IMG/VR virus record: IMGVR_UViG_3300028591_000095
Span: 64,001 to 128,000 of that record
Origin: a virus
Lineage: Duplodnaviria > Caudoviricetes
Reading direction: 5' to 3' (one strand)
DNA: 64,000 bases
How positions within the stretch are numbered: the first letter of the stretch is position 1; each line of letters starts with the position of its first letter. The notes beneath the pieces are model-generated. The model did not search any database and was not told where the DNA came from. It worked only from the letters and a program-made list of their open reading frames with translations. Positions 18,163 to 27,695 of the stretch are shown piece by piece. Both the position numbers and the translations under genes were made by a program.

Positions 18163-20193
18163 ATGAATGAATTTGAAAAGTATTTGAAAGAACATCACAT
18201 TGAAAGTATCGGAACTCCTCCTCCGGATTTACGTAAAGTATTTCCGGAAGGAGCAATGATGTTCAATGTAACATATCGAAGACATCCTGAAGAATTTGAA
18301 GTTGTGTATCTTGATCCAGCGACTAATCGGTTAGAGGTTGCATACATTCCTGCAATTGTAGATATCTGGTTTACTAAACCCGAATTCAGATATACAATGA
18401 AGGATTCATGTATTGAGCCATACTTCAAAGACAAGATGAGATATCAACACAAGGATGATGATGCATATCAGATACCACAGATAGAACTTGATAAAACTTA
18501 TCGAGTTTGGTGTAAAGTATCTCAGATTCCAAAGATGATATATCAGCACGCTGGTAAAGCAAAGATGTATTCTGAAGATGGCTCACATCTGATAGATACA
18601 ACATATGCTGAATTCTATGAAGAGAATATGGGATCTGCATATACATTCGGAACCTTCACCAAACGAATGTGCCAGAATCCATGGTCATTTAAGTGTGACT
18701 TCCAACCAGATGTATACTTCAGAGATCGTTGGGTTCATGAATTCGGTGATGTTTGTGATACATCAAAAGTCACAGCAGCATTTCTTGATATTGAGATTGA
18801 TGTTCTTGATGTTAATATAAATCTTAAGAATCCAAAGGATAACCGAGCTCATGTATCAATGGTAACATCAATATTCCCTAAGGATAAAATGGTGTATGTT
18901 GATATACTTGAACCTAGACCATTAAATGACTTTGCTCAACATCTACATGAGAAAGTGATCCCATTACGTAATAAGATGGTCAAAGAATATGAATGGATTA
19001 AATCTCATCAGAAAGAATTCATTGATATGATTCTCGGTCATGAATCTACATCCAATTGTCCAGTACGTATTGATGAAGACATGGAGAATCTCAAATATCT
19101 TCAGGGGTATACTGTAAACCTTGGATTGTTTGAACAGCGTGAAGGTAGACCATTCATTGAAGCTGAAGCTCGATTGATAGATAACGTGTTTGCACATGTA
19201 AATCTTCATAGACCAATGTTCATGTTTGCATGGAATGCTCCGTTCGATATCAATTATCTTCCAAACCGATTACAATATATTGGTTATGACCCGGGTAGTT
19301 CAGTTGTACCAGAAAACTTCAAATCGAAAGAGATTAGATATGAACCCGATAAAACAAATAACTTCTCAATGAAGAACAGTCGTGACTGGTTCTATATAGC
19401 ATCTTATACACAATACTTATGTCAGGAACGTCTGTATGCTGGAATAAGAAAGTCTCAGTCTGAAGAACCTTCATATCAGTTGACTGCTATAGGTAAGAAG
19501 GTGGCAAAGATTGAGAAGTTGACTGATACTAAATCCGGTAAATTCTCCGAGTTCTTATACACAGACTTCATCAAGTTCGTATTGTATAACGTTCGTGACG
19601 TTGTTATTCAACTTGCAATAGAAACCAAAGTAAGTGATGCGAAAACGTTGTACGCTCGATCATATGACTTCGTTACAGCATTCTCAAAATGTTTCCAAGA
19701 AACACATATCGTAAGAAACTCAAAAGCAAATCTGTATGAAGTATTTGGATATGTAATGGCTAACAAAGTTGTCGTCGATAAAACTATCGATGGTGCTTTC
19801 CAGGGAGCTTATGTTGCTGATCCATTAAAGAACTCAGTAACAATGGTCATGTCTGGTCGTGGAATGAACTGTATCATTTACGGCTCTGCAGATTTGGATG
19901 CTACAGCAATGTACCCATCTCAGAAGATGGCATATAATCTTGGTAAGATGACACTTATCTACAAATGTAGAATTGATAATAACCTTTTCCGAAATAAGGT
20001 TTGCAGGAACTTATCATACAACCAGAAATATACGTGGAAAGATTCTGACAAGAATGAACATGAAACTGATTTGTCTGGTCCATTATTCAACTCATTTAAA
20101 AATCACAATGTATGTTCATTGATGCATAATTGGTTTAATGCACCTACTGTAACTGAACTCATTGCTCATACACATAAAGTGTTAACATATTAA
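18163..20193 (+). CDS. family B DNA polymerase, N-terminal part (3'-5' exonuclease + motif A) of a split enzyme
   Basis: ExoI FLDIEID, ExoII AWNAPFDINY, ExoIII YNVRD, FQGAYV, motif A DLDATAMYPS; no KxxxNSxYG or YGDTDS before the stop. Confidence 0.85.
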   Translation: MNEFEKYLKEHHIESIGTPPPDLRKVFPEGAMMFNVTYRRHPEEFEVVYLDPATNRLEVAYIPAIVDIWFTKPEFRYTMKDSCIEPYFKDKMRYQHKDDDAYQIPQIELDKTYRVWCKVSQIPKMIYQHAGKAKMYSEDGSHLIDTTYAEFYEENMGSAYTFGTFTKRMCQNPWSFKCDFQPDVYFRDRWVHEFGDVCDTSKVTAAFLDIEIDVLDVNINLKNPKDNRAHVSMVTSIFPKDKMVYVDILEPRPLNDFAQHLHEKVIPLRNKMVKEYEWIKSHQKEFIDMILGHESTSNCPVRIDEDMENLKYLQGYTVNLGLFEQREGRPFIEAEARLIDNVFAHVNLHRPMFMFAWNAPFDINYLPNRLQYIGYDPGSSVVPENFKSKEIRYEPDKTNNFSMKNSRDWFYIASYTQYLCQERLYAGIRKSQSEEPSYQLTAIGKKVAKIEKLTDTKSGKFSEFLYTDFIKFVLYNVRDVVIQLAIETKVSDAKTLYARSYDFVTAFSKCFQETHIVRNSKANLYEVFGYVMANKVVVDKTIDGAFQGAYVADPLKNSVTMVMSGRGMNCIIYGSADLDATAMYPSQKMAYNLGKMTLIYKCRIDNNLFRNKVCRNLSYNQKYTWKDSDKNEHETDLSGPLFNSFKNHNVCSLMHNWFNAPTVTELIAHTHKVLTY

Positions 20194-20198
20194 TGTTG

Positions 20199-20224
20199 TG
20201 GATGGCGGGAATTCCCGCCATCCA
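20199..20224 (+). terminator. palindromic hairpin terminator
   Basis: TGGATGGCGGGAATTCCCGCCATCCA. Confidence 0.75.
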
Positions 20225-20246
20225 TGATAATTCAATTGTATAAAAC

Positions 20247-20259
20247 AACAACCTTATAG
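20247..20259 (+). promoter_or_regulatory. putative nvRNAP promoter upstream of gyrA
   Basis: AACA-ACCTTA-TAG. Confidence 0.45.
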
Positions 20260-20287
20260 CTTTTTAAATATAGGAGGTCGTGATGAA

Positions 20288-22603
20288 TTGAAACCTAATG
20301 AATTGTATACTCCAATCAAAGATGAAGAATTTGGAAACCCAAATATGACTCGAGCTGATTTAGGATCATTAGCATCAAGATATTATTGTCTGTACGGTGT
20401 CAATGTAAATATGGCAAGAGCAATTCCGTCAAATGTTGATGGATTGAAACCGATTCACAGAAGAATCTTATATACCATATATGATAGATATGGTAGAGAT
20501 CAGTTTACTGTTGGATCTGCTATCGGTGATGTAATGCATCTTTCGCCCCATGGCGACCAAATGGGTGATGTATTCGCTGGATTAGCACAGGACTTTGGAA
20601 ACAACATTCCATTGATAGATTCATCGGATGGTGGTAATGCGGGTAATGCTGTTAATGGTAGTGACGCTGCATCTCCAAGATATCTTCAAATGAGATTGTC
20701 GAAGTTTGCTGTAGATGTGTTGTTTAAGGAATTCGATAGAAAGGTGAATATGATTCCATCATATGATGGTAAGACAGTTGAGCCAGTAACATTACCAGCA
20801 AGAATTCCTCTGATTCTGCTGAATGGTTCTCTGGGAATAGGTCTTGGATTCTCTACAACAATCCCACCATATAATCTCAATGAAGTAATCAATGCTACTA
20901 TCAAGCTGATAAAGAATCCGGATGCTAAGATAAGATTGGTACCTGATTCACCAACTGGATGTGATGTAATAATCATTGATGATAATCATTTCATATTCCA
21001 GTCATCATTCGAGATAAACAATCGTAATTATGAAATCACTTTCAAGAATACTCCATATGGAGAGTTCCTTGATAACATCAGAGAACGTCTGAATGAAATC
21101 CAGGATTCAACTAATCCGATACCAGAAATCTTGACAGCTGATGATGAGTCTCAATTGCTTGAAGGTGAAGTTCGTTATGTTGTAAGATGTAAACCATGTA
21201 ATCTGTATCAGGTATTGAATAAGTTGTTCAAGCGTGTTGCAGGTTTCCGTAGTGGTATTGCAACCACAAACATGCAGGTCATTGAACCTAACTTCAAGAT
21301 GGAAGCTTATAGTGTAAAGCAGATACTGATATCATGGATCAACAATCGTATCATGGAGAAGCGTACATGGCTTCAGAGAGAACTTATTGCACAGACTCAG
21401 AAGTTCAATCAGAACGTTGGTAAAGCATTCATGTTATCACCAAAGAATCTGAATACTACTATCAAGATATGTCGTGACGCTGATAGTGAAGAAGATGCTA
21501 TACAGAAACTTGTTAAACATTATGCTGGTAAGGTATCATCATCTCAAGCCAAGCTTGTAGTTGATATTCCTTTACATAAATTATCACTCAAACGATATGA
21601 GGAGACAGTTAAGATCATTGAGGAAATCAAGGTCGAGATTGAAAGACTCCGAAATATCATCAGCAATCCAGAGAATATCAAAGATGAAATCATCAAAGAT
21701 ATGAATGAAATCAAGAGTGAATACGGTTACAGTAGAAGAAGTACAATTCTGAATACTGGAGAGAAAGAAGTCGTAAACATCGGTGTTGTACAGACATTGG
21801 TAGACGGATCCGTGATATTCTCGGAGACTGAAAACCCACAGCATTTATCTTCAGATGTGATTCCTATTAATGGTAATGACGTTTGTTTGATCGATGACAA
21901 AGCCGGTTACATTTGGGCAGATACAACCAAGGTGCCACATGATAAACCTGTAACAATGACCTCTATTGGTCGTGGTGGTGCAATGAGTCGATGTATCGTA
22001 GCCGTTTCGAATCAGTCAAACAACATAATCCTATTATCGAACAAGGGAAGGATTAAGTACATGCCAGTATCCAGAATACCATCTAACACAGCAAGAAAGC
22101 CATTGGTTAAGCTTGATGAAGATGAACACTTGGTATCCGTTTTAGAAGTACCAGATAACACATTGTCAGATATATTGATATATACGAATGATGGTAATGG
22201 TAAACGTATACAGACAACGGACTTGAACAAAGTATTATCAGTAGATGCAAACGGACAGTTCATTATGAGTGGTTTTGATGTAGCTGGAATGTTCTGTGTT
22301 AATTCAAACAAACCGTTCCTGGCATATGTAACAAAGCTTGGAAGAATCAGAATCAACCATTCGAAGTTCTTGACAGCAACTAAGAAGTTTGGCGAATGCA
22401 AGCCAATAATCAAGCTGTCTCCTCAGGATGATTTAGCAGCCGTGTTCTGTGTTGACAAGGATCAGAAACTCATATTACATCATGCGGACAGCAGGGTGTC
22501 AACTGTCAACATAGAATCCTTACCAGTATTGACAATGGCAGCTCCACCGGAACGTCCTAAACATGTGCCAGGCGTTAAAGTTTTACGTGTGACATTACAA
22601 TAG
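20288..22603 (+). CDS. gyrA: type IIA topoisomerase (DNA gyrase/topo IV) subunit A
   Basis: RAIPSNVDGLKPIHRRILY, PHGD, AASPRYL (catalytic Tyr), IPLILLNGSLGIG, IPPYNLNEV; C-terminal beta-pinwheel-like repeats (SNKGRIK, TNDGNGKR, TKLGRIR). Confidence 0.9.
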   Translation: MKPNELYTPIKDEEFGNPNMTRADLGSLASRYYCLYGVNVNMARAIPSNVDGLKPIHRRILYTIYDRYGRDQFTVGSAIGDVMHLSPHGDQMGDVFAGLAQDFGNNIPLIDSSDGGNAGNAVNGSDAASPRYLQMRLSKFAVDVLFKEFDRKVNMIPSYDGKTVEPVTLPARIPLILLNGSLGIGLGFSTTIPPYNLNEVINATIKLIKNPDAKIRLVPDSPTGCDVIIIDDNHFIFQSSFEINNRNYEITFKNTPYGEFLDNIRERLNEIQDSTNPIPEILTADDESQLLEGEVRYVVRCKPCNLYQVLNKLFKRVAGFRSGIATTNMQVIEPNFKMEAYSVKQILISWINNRIMEKRTWLQRELIAQTQKFNQNVGKAFMLSPKNLNTTIKICRDADSEEDAIQKLVKHYAGKVSSSQAKLVVDIPLHKLSLKRYEETVKIIEEIKVEIERLRNIISNPENIKDEIIKDMNEIKSEYGYSRRSTILNTGEKEVVNIGVVQTLVDGSVIFSETENPQHLSSDVIPINGNDVCLIDDKAGYIWADTTKVPHDKPVTMTSIGRGGAMSRCIVAVSNQSNNIILLSNKGRIKYMPVSRIPSNTARKPLVKLDEDEHLVSVLEVPDNTLSDILIYTNDGNGKRIQTTDLNKVLSVDANGQFIMSGFDVAGMFCVNSNKPFLAYVTKLGRIRINHSKFLTATKKFGECKPIIKLSPQDDLAAVFCVDKDQKLILHHADSRVSTVNIESLPVLTMAAPPERPKHVPGVKVLRVTLQ

Positions 22604-22608
22604 TTTAT

Positions 22609-22631
22609 AATGGGGGGATCTTCTCCCCATT
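22609..22631 (+). terminator. hairpin terminator
   Basis: AATGGGGGGATCTTCTCCCCATT. Confidence 0.6.
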
Positions 22632-22659
22632 CATTTTATAAAGAAGGAAGGAATGTATC

Positions 22660-22875
22660 ATGAATATTTTTAAAAAGAAAGAACAGCCCTCAAACAACAC
22701 AATCTCTACGGAAGGAGAAAACAAACAGTTGACATTGTTTTCATATCTGATATACAATCGTGCTGAGAATAAGTTCACTGGAAGTATTAAGCTTACAGAA
22801 GACCAAGCTCAGGAATTGAATATGCAGATGAAGTATAACGATGTCGACAACAACATATCTTTTGTCAGGAGTTGA
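22660..22875 (+). CDS. small hypothetical protein
   Basis: 71 aa with AAGGAAGG RBS. Confidence 0.65.
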   Translation: MNIFKKKEQPSNNTISTEGENKQLTLFSYLIYNRAENKFTGSIKLTEDQAQELNMQMKYNDVDNNISFVRS

Positions 22876-22879
22876 TATT

Positions 22880-23134
22880 ATGAAACAAGCTATCATTGAT
22901 ATGGGGAAGAAGTATAATGTGACAGCGTTTGAATATAATGACAACATTGATGAGCGTAGTAATCTGAGAAGTCTCGTACATCTGTTATTTGTAATGAATC
23001 GTGATGACGATCTTGGAAGATATTCATTCGGTACAATAGATGGAAAACTCTCAGAAGAACAGATCGAAGATATACAGAAGATAGATATGGGGATAATGAT
23101 TCATAAAGACCTTGTTAATCATGTGATGAAATAA
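22880..23134 (+). CDS. small hypothetical protein
   Basis: AGGAG RBS; C-terminus LSEEQIEDIQKIDMGI resembles those of its neighbours. Confidence 0.65.
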   Translation: MKQAIIDMGKKYNVTAFEYNDNIDERSNLRSLVHLLFVMNRDDDLGRYSFGTIDGKLSEEQIEDIQKIDMGIMIHKDLVNHVMK

Positions 23135-23147
23135 CAAAATAAATGGA

Positions 23148-23453
23148 ATGGAATTGATTAGTATGGATGAAAAGAGATCAAGTCGTCTCATAGGCAAACT
23201 GACGACAATTGCAATGCTCGCAAAGAAATATAATGTAGTGTATACACCACTCGATGATTACATGAGTACACTCTCACATGTAATCAAACTCATAAACCAA
23301 CGTAATCTGTATTTGGGAGGAGAATCAAAATGTGTAATAGTTTATTTTCCTTTAGCATACAAAATTCGACCACTTACAGTATTACTCACAGATGAACAGA
23401 TTCATGATATAAAGAAGATTGATATGTGCATTTCTATTGAAGAAAAGAGTTGA
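23148..23453 (+). CDS. small hypothetical protein, paralog of the previous gene
   Basis: AKKYNV...LTDEQIHDIKKIDMCI versus GKKYNV...LSEEQIEDIQKIDMGI. Confidence 0.65.
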   Translation: MELISMDEKRSSRLIGKLTTIAMLAKKYNVVYTPLDDYMSTLSHVIKLINQRNLYLGGESKCVIVYFPLAYKIRPLTVLLTDEQIHDIKKIDMCISIEEKS

Positions 23454-23480
23454 TGTAATATTAAATTCAAAATAATAATT

Positions 23481-25937
23481 ATGAATACCTGTGTGGCAGT
23501 CACACCAGGTGAAGCAGCTTTGGATAACTTAGGACCTCTCGTAAATATGTTAACATATGAAGATGACTTCACTGAGCAAACTGTCACATTAGGTATCATG
23601 ATGGATAAGAGAAACGATACTTTGTATATACACAAAGGAATCGACATTGAGTTCCTTAGAAAGCTTCTCATAAACACAACGATTGTTGAGGATCTTGATT
23701 ATGAAGGTGAAGATATGAAGTTCCAGTTTGAAGAACTCATAGCTCCGCGTAATGAAGAACAAGTCGATGTTATCAATTTCATAGCTGGTGAGAAAGACTT
23801 CGAAGATAATCGAGATGATTCAAGATTGTTTGTTGTAAAGAAACCTGGTTTCGGCAAAATGCAACCATTCTTTACCAAGATAGCAACACCTGATGGATAT
23901 GTCAAAATGGCTGATATTCGTCCTGGTAGTACCGTATTTAATGAAAACGGTAATGAATGCAAAGTGTTAAAAATATTCGATCATGGTCCACAAAAAGTAT
24001 ATCAGATCAAATTCTCTGATGGTCGAATGACATATTGTGGTGATGAACATCTTTGGCGTGTAAAAGAAGATGGTGAATGGCATACCAAACCATTATATGA
24101 AATCCGTAATTCATATATGTCATACATGACCAGATGCAAATATCGTTATGAGATTCCTAAGAATGGTTTCATTAAATATCCATGGCATTTTTCTAAGGTT
24201 GACCCTTTCACATATGGAATATGTGTTGGATTAGCAAATCATAATAAGAAGCATTTGACATTCGATGTTGAATATTATCAACTTGAAAAAGTCCGTTCTA
24301 TTGTAATGGATATATGTAATATCAATGATTGGGAATATCGATTCGAAAACAATTCATTTGAATTCTTGGACAAAACCATGCGTTGGATTAAACATGATGA
24401 AATATTCTACAATGGTACTTATTACATTCCGAAGAATATGAAATATTCCTCTACACGTTTAGCATTATTAGGTGGAATATTAGAATCAATGGTATGGGCG
24501 AATAACGCAAGAGTTATTTCATCAAATCGATTAGAATTATTGAATGATATTATTGACATATTCCGTTCATGTGGATGTTATGCCAAATTGAAGATTAGTA
24601 AATATAGTAATATCGCAAGTATCGAATTTGGTTTATCTCAAACGGTAATATGTGAAACATGTGAAGACTGTCGTAAGTATTTCAAACGTTGGTGGAATAC
24701 ATATACCAAACGTAACAAAGAACCAATCTACATCAAAGACGTTAAAGAATTCGGTACATATCAATGTAGATGTATCCAAGTAGATAGTCCTGATAAGTTA
24801 TATCTGACAGATGATTATGTAGTTACTCATAATACATATTGTACTGGATATGGAATCGGTCTGTATAAAAAGAAAGCTCTCATCATAATGCATCGAGATT
24901 CGTTACGTACACAATGGAATGAATCATTATACATGATGAATGGATTTGAACATAGATTCGTTCATGAGATTGCTGATACAAAAGAATTGTATGATATTGC
25001 ATGCGGTAATTGGGATAAAGATTATGACATATATCTCATAACTCATGCAACATTCCGTGCTGGATTAAAACGTATCGGGGACTTGAAGCTTGCACAGAAC
25101 ATTGTCAAGAATCTTGGTATCGGTGTAAAGATAATCGATGAAGCACATCTTGAATTCAAAGATATATTACTACTTGATATTGTATGTAATGTCAAACGTA
25201 ATATCTATCTGACAGCTACTCCAGGTCGTAGTCAACGTGAAGAAAATAAAATCTATTGGTATGTATTCAAAGGAGCTAACTTCTACGCTCCATCTACTGA
25301 ATTGAATAACAACATGCCGAAGAAATGGATGAACTATGTGACAGTCAGATTATCATCAGAATGTAATCCTAATATCTATCGATGGAGAGTCAATGGTGGT
25401 AAAGGAATGAATGCTGTATCATACGGCAAATGGGTTATTGAATACGATAAAAAGAAACGTCATTTCAAATGTTGTAAAGAACTTGTGATGCAATGCTTTG
25501 ATCGTGATCAAAATGCCAAAGTTCTCATATTGATACCATTGATTTCATTATGTGATAAACTGATGGATTTCCTTATTGATGAACTTGATAAGGAAAATCA
25601 ATTCAAGTATGCATTGACTATAAGAACTATCAACTCGACTAATTCAAAATCTGATAATGAATATAACAAGAAAGCTGACGTGATTATATCTACCTTAGGA
25701 AGTATGGGTGTTGGTACTGACGTTAAAGGTTTGACTGATATAATCAACATGACTCCATATTGTAGTAAGCTCACAGCTGAACAATCTCTTGGACGTGTTC
25801 GTTATTCTGGTAAGATAGGTCATTACTATGACATCATTGATACATCTGTGCCAATGGACAAGTATTGGTGGAGAGCTCGTTCAAAAACATTGAAGAGACT
25901 TTCTAAGAAAGATGAAATACTTGATTGGAATGAATGA
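23481..25937 (+). CDS. SF2 DNA helicase (UvsW-like) interrupted by an intein
   Basis: PRNEEQ Q-motif, Walker A KPGFGK//T split by the intein, IIDEAH, LTATPGR, GVGTDVK, EQSLGRVR. Confidence 0.85.
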   Translation: MNTCVAVTPGEAALDNLGPLVNMLTYEDDFTEQTVTLGIMMDKRNDTLYIHKGIDIEFLRKLLINTTIVEDLDYEGEDMKFQFEELIAPRNEEQVDVINFIAGEKDFEDNRDDSRLFVVKKPGFGKMQPFFTKIATPDGYVKMADIRPGSTVFNENGNECKVLKIFDHGPQKVYQIKFSDGRMTYCGDEHLWRVKEDGEWHTKPLYEIRNSYMSYMTRCKYRYEIPKNGFIKYPWHFSKVDPFTYGICVGLANHNKKHLTFDVEYYQLEKVRSIVMDICNINDWEYRFENNSFEFLDKTMRWIKHDEIFYNGTYYIPKNMKYSSTRLALLGGILESMVWANNARVISSNRLELLNDIIDIFRSCGCYAKLKISKYSNIASIEFGLSQTVICETCEDCRKYFKRWWNTYTKRNKEPIYIKDVKEFGTYQCRCIQVDSPDKLYLTDDYVVTHNTYCTGYGIGLYKKKALIIMHRDSLRTQWNESLYMMNGFEHRFVHEIADTKELYDIACGNWDKDYDIYLITHATFRAGLKRIGDLKLAQNIVKNLGIGVKIIDEAHLEFKDILLLDIVCNVKRNIYLTATPGRSQREENKIYWYVFKGANFYAPSTELNNNMPKKWMNYVTVRLSSECNPNIYRWRVNGGKGMNAVSYGKWVIEYDKKKRHFKCCKELVMQCFDRDQNAKVLILIPLISLCDKLMDFLIDELDKENQFKYALTIRTINSTNSKSDNEYNKKADVIISTLGSMGVGTDVKGLTDIINMTPYCSKLTAEQSLGRVRYSGKIGHYYDIIDTSVPMDKYWWRARSKTLKRLSKKDEILDWNE
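23859..24833 (+). mobile_element. class 3 intein (325 aa) with degenerate LAGLIDADG endonuclease, inserted in the helicase P-loop
   Basis: GK|MQPFFTKIATPDG ... CGDEHLW ... QCRCIQVD ... YLTDDYVVTHN|T; W-C-T triplet present; RLALLGGILES LAGLIDADG-like block. Confidence 0.85.
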
Positions 25938-25965
25938 ATAATCCCCGGGAATTCCCGGGGATTAT
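25938..25965 (+). terminator. palindromic hairpin terminator
   Basis: ATAATCCCCGGGAATTCCCGGGGATTAT. Confidence 0.75.
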
Positions 25966-25988
25966 ATTTCCTATTATTATTAAAAACG

Positions 25989-26008
25989 ATATATATATCA
26001 TTATTATG
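25989..26008 (+). promoter_or_regulatory. putative early promoter
   Basis: ATATATATATCATT-ATT-ATG. Confidence 0.7.
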
Positions 26009-26179
26009 GTCTAGGGAAGATGTATTCATCTGGACGGACTAATAAGACATACCTCGGAACAATGAGGATCTTATTAGGAACTTCAAATGAAGCTCTTTAT
26101 CCGAAAACCAACCGGCGTGAGGAGGCCCAAATCTCCGCCATCCAAAACTACAATATTTATGCAAAGGATGGTAATTCAC

Positions 26180-26932
26180 ATGAAAATCATGGACGTTAAG
26201 GTTTATCTTGAAGTAGTAGCTCTTCTGGCACTTATTATCGCAATGGTGACAGGATGCTGTAAAGTAGGCAAAGGCGCAAGAGTCACAATTGACAACACCA
26301 AACTCGCAATTGCTGAAGTCACAGTTCCGAAGCCATATCCCGTAATAGGTACAGCATTATCAACAGACTTCGTGAAAGTAACCTACACCACAGACAGTAA
26401 CTTCATACCCATTTCAGTCGAATCAACAGTGGATACGACAGAAACAACATCGATTGAAACGGAAGAGATGACTGAACCTGTGGCACTCGAAATGAATTTC
26501 AATGCCGATACGAATATCGAGGATGACATGAATGTCGACGTTACGGAAATGTCATTCGAACCTAACGACTACGGTGTATATCCGTCTGTAGCTTCGGGCT
26601 ACATAACAGAAGAGGAACGCATATTCCTCTGCAATACGGTTGGTACCGAATACGGTAGTGACTGGGTTAGTCTTTATGACAAAGCTTTAGTTGTGGACAC
26701 TGTAATGACCAGAGTAGAACAGGGCTGTTGGACAAACGGTCTGGAGTCTAACGTGTACAATGTCCTCACGGCACCCAATCAGTACGATCCGTCTTACACA
26801 GACGGCTGGATGCATGACAACGTTACAGAATCATGCATCGATGCTGTGGAGTATTACTTCCAGCACAAAGATGAGTTTCCGCATTACACATCTTTCTACG
26901 GAGATGGTGTGGAAAATCATTTCTACTATTAA
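26180..26932 (+). CDS. SleB-like cell wall hydrolase (Hydrolase_2) with N-terminal membrane/lipoprotein signal
   Basis: LCNTVGTEYG...KALVVDTVMTRV...NVYNVLTAPNQY...GDGVENHFY; N-terminus VALLALIIAMVTGC; T/E-rich spacer. Confidence 0.7.
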   Translation: MKIMDVKVYLEVVALLALIIAMVTGCCKVGKGARVTIDNTKLAIAEVTVPKPYPVIGTALSTDFVKVTYTTDSNFIPISVESTVDTTETTSIETEEMTEPVALEMNFNADTNIEDDMNVDVTEMSFEPNDYGVYPSVASGYITEEERIFLCNTVGTEYGSDWVSLYDKALVVDTVMTRVEQGCWTNGLESNVYNVLTAPNQYDPSYTDGWMHDNVTESCIDAVEYYFQHKDEFPHYTSFYGDGVENHFYY

Positions 26933-26956
26933 GCAACCCTGAAGGGAGATGGGTCT

Positions 26957-27187
26957 ATGAAGAAGGGCACACAGATTTGGCGGGTGGTAGTAGATAAGGG
27001 TTCAAGAGTTAGCATCATGGACTCTGATCGAAATCCTGTAAAAGTAACGCGATCTCAGAGAAACGCACTAATTGACTGGAAAAACGAAAAGTTCTTGGTG
27101 AACATTATCAAGGAATTTTCCAATAACAAGATATTGCATCCTGAATTCACCATCGTACAGAATGGTGAAATCGTGTTTAAAATGTGA
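26957..27187 (+). CDS. small hypothetical protein
   Basis: 76 aa with AGGGAG RBS. Confidence 0.7.
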   Translation: MKKGTQIWRVVVDKGSRVSIMDSDRNPVKVTRSQRNALIDWKNEKFLVNIIKEFSNNKILHPEFTIVQNGEIVFKM

Positions 27188-27192
27188 GTGTA

Positions 27193-27217
27193 TATGCAGG
27201 GCTTCGCGCCCTGCATA
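27193..27217. terminator. bidirectional terminator
   Basis: TATGCAGGGC-TTCGC-GCCCTGCATA between convergent genes. Confidence 0.75.
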
Positions 27218-27226
27218 ATACCTTCT

Positions 27227-27619
27227 TCATGGCACATCGATGTCAGTGTCGTTCGGAGCATCTGCTTCCACTGGGTGAACGACGTTGGCGAATTCATCAG
27301 TTGTTAAGGAAATATCATCATTCGAAGGAACATCTTCGTTTGGTGATTTTCCTTTTTTGTTAAGCTGTTTGCCTACCTGGTTAATACCTACTGCACCAGC
27401 ACCTGTTGATATACCAATGAATACAGCTTCAATGATGTTGTTTCCCATCTCAACATCTGTAAAGTAATATCCACAAACACTAAGGATGATTCCATAGATG
27501 ATTGCGAATATAGGAAGATAATACGAGATGTCTTTCTTGAAGAGTGATGCTATATACTTGGTAGTCGAAACGAGTATGGTTACGAATGATGATAAGGTAA
27601 TGATACTGAATTCTAACAT
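27227..27619 (-). CDS. holin-like membrane protein
   Basis: Three hydrophobic segments; IEAVFIGISTGAGAVGINQVGKQL is typical of Firmicutes phage holins; charged tail; AAGGAG RBS. Confidence 0.7.
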   Translation of the reverse strand: MLEFSIITLSSFVTILVSTTKYIASLFKKDISYYLPIFAIIYGIILSVCGYYFTDVEMGNNIIEAVFIGISTGAGAVGINQVGKQLNKKGKSPNEDVPSNDDISLTTDEFANVVHPVEADAPNDTDIDVP

Positions 27620-27695
27620 ATTAATCAGCTCCTTTTATTATTTGGACTTATGTCCATTACTAGAAGGTACTTATATTTCAAAGGAGGAAACCCTA

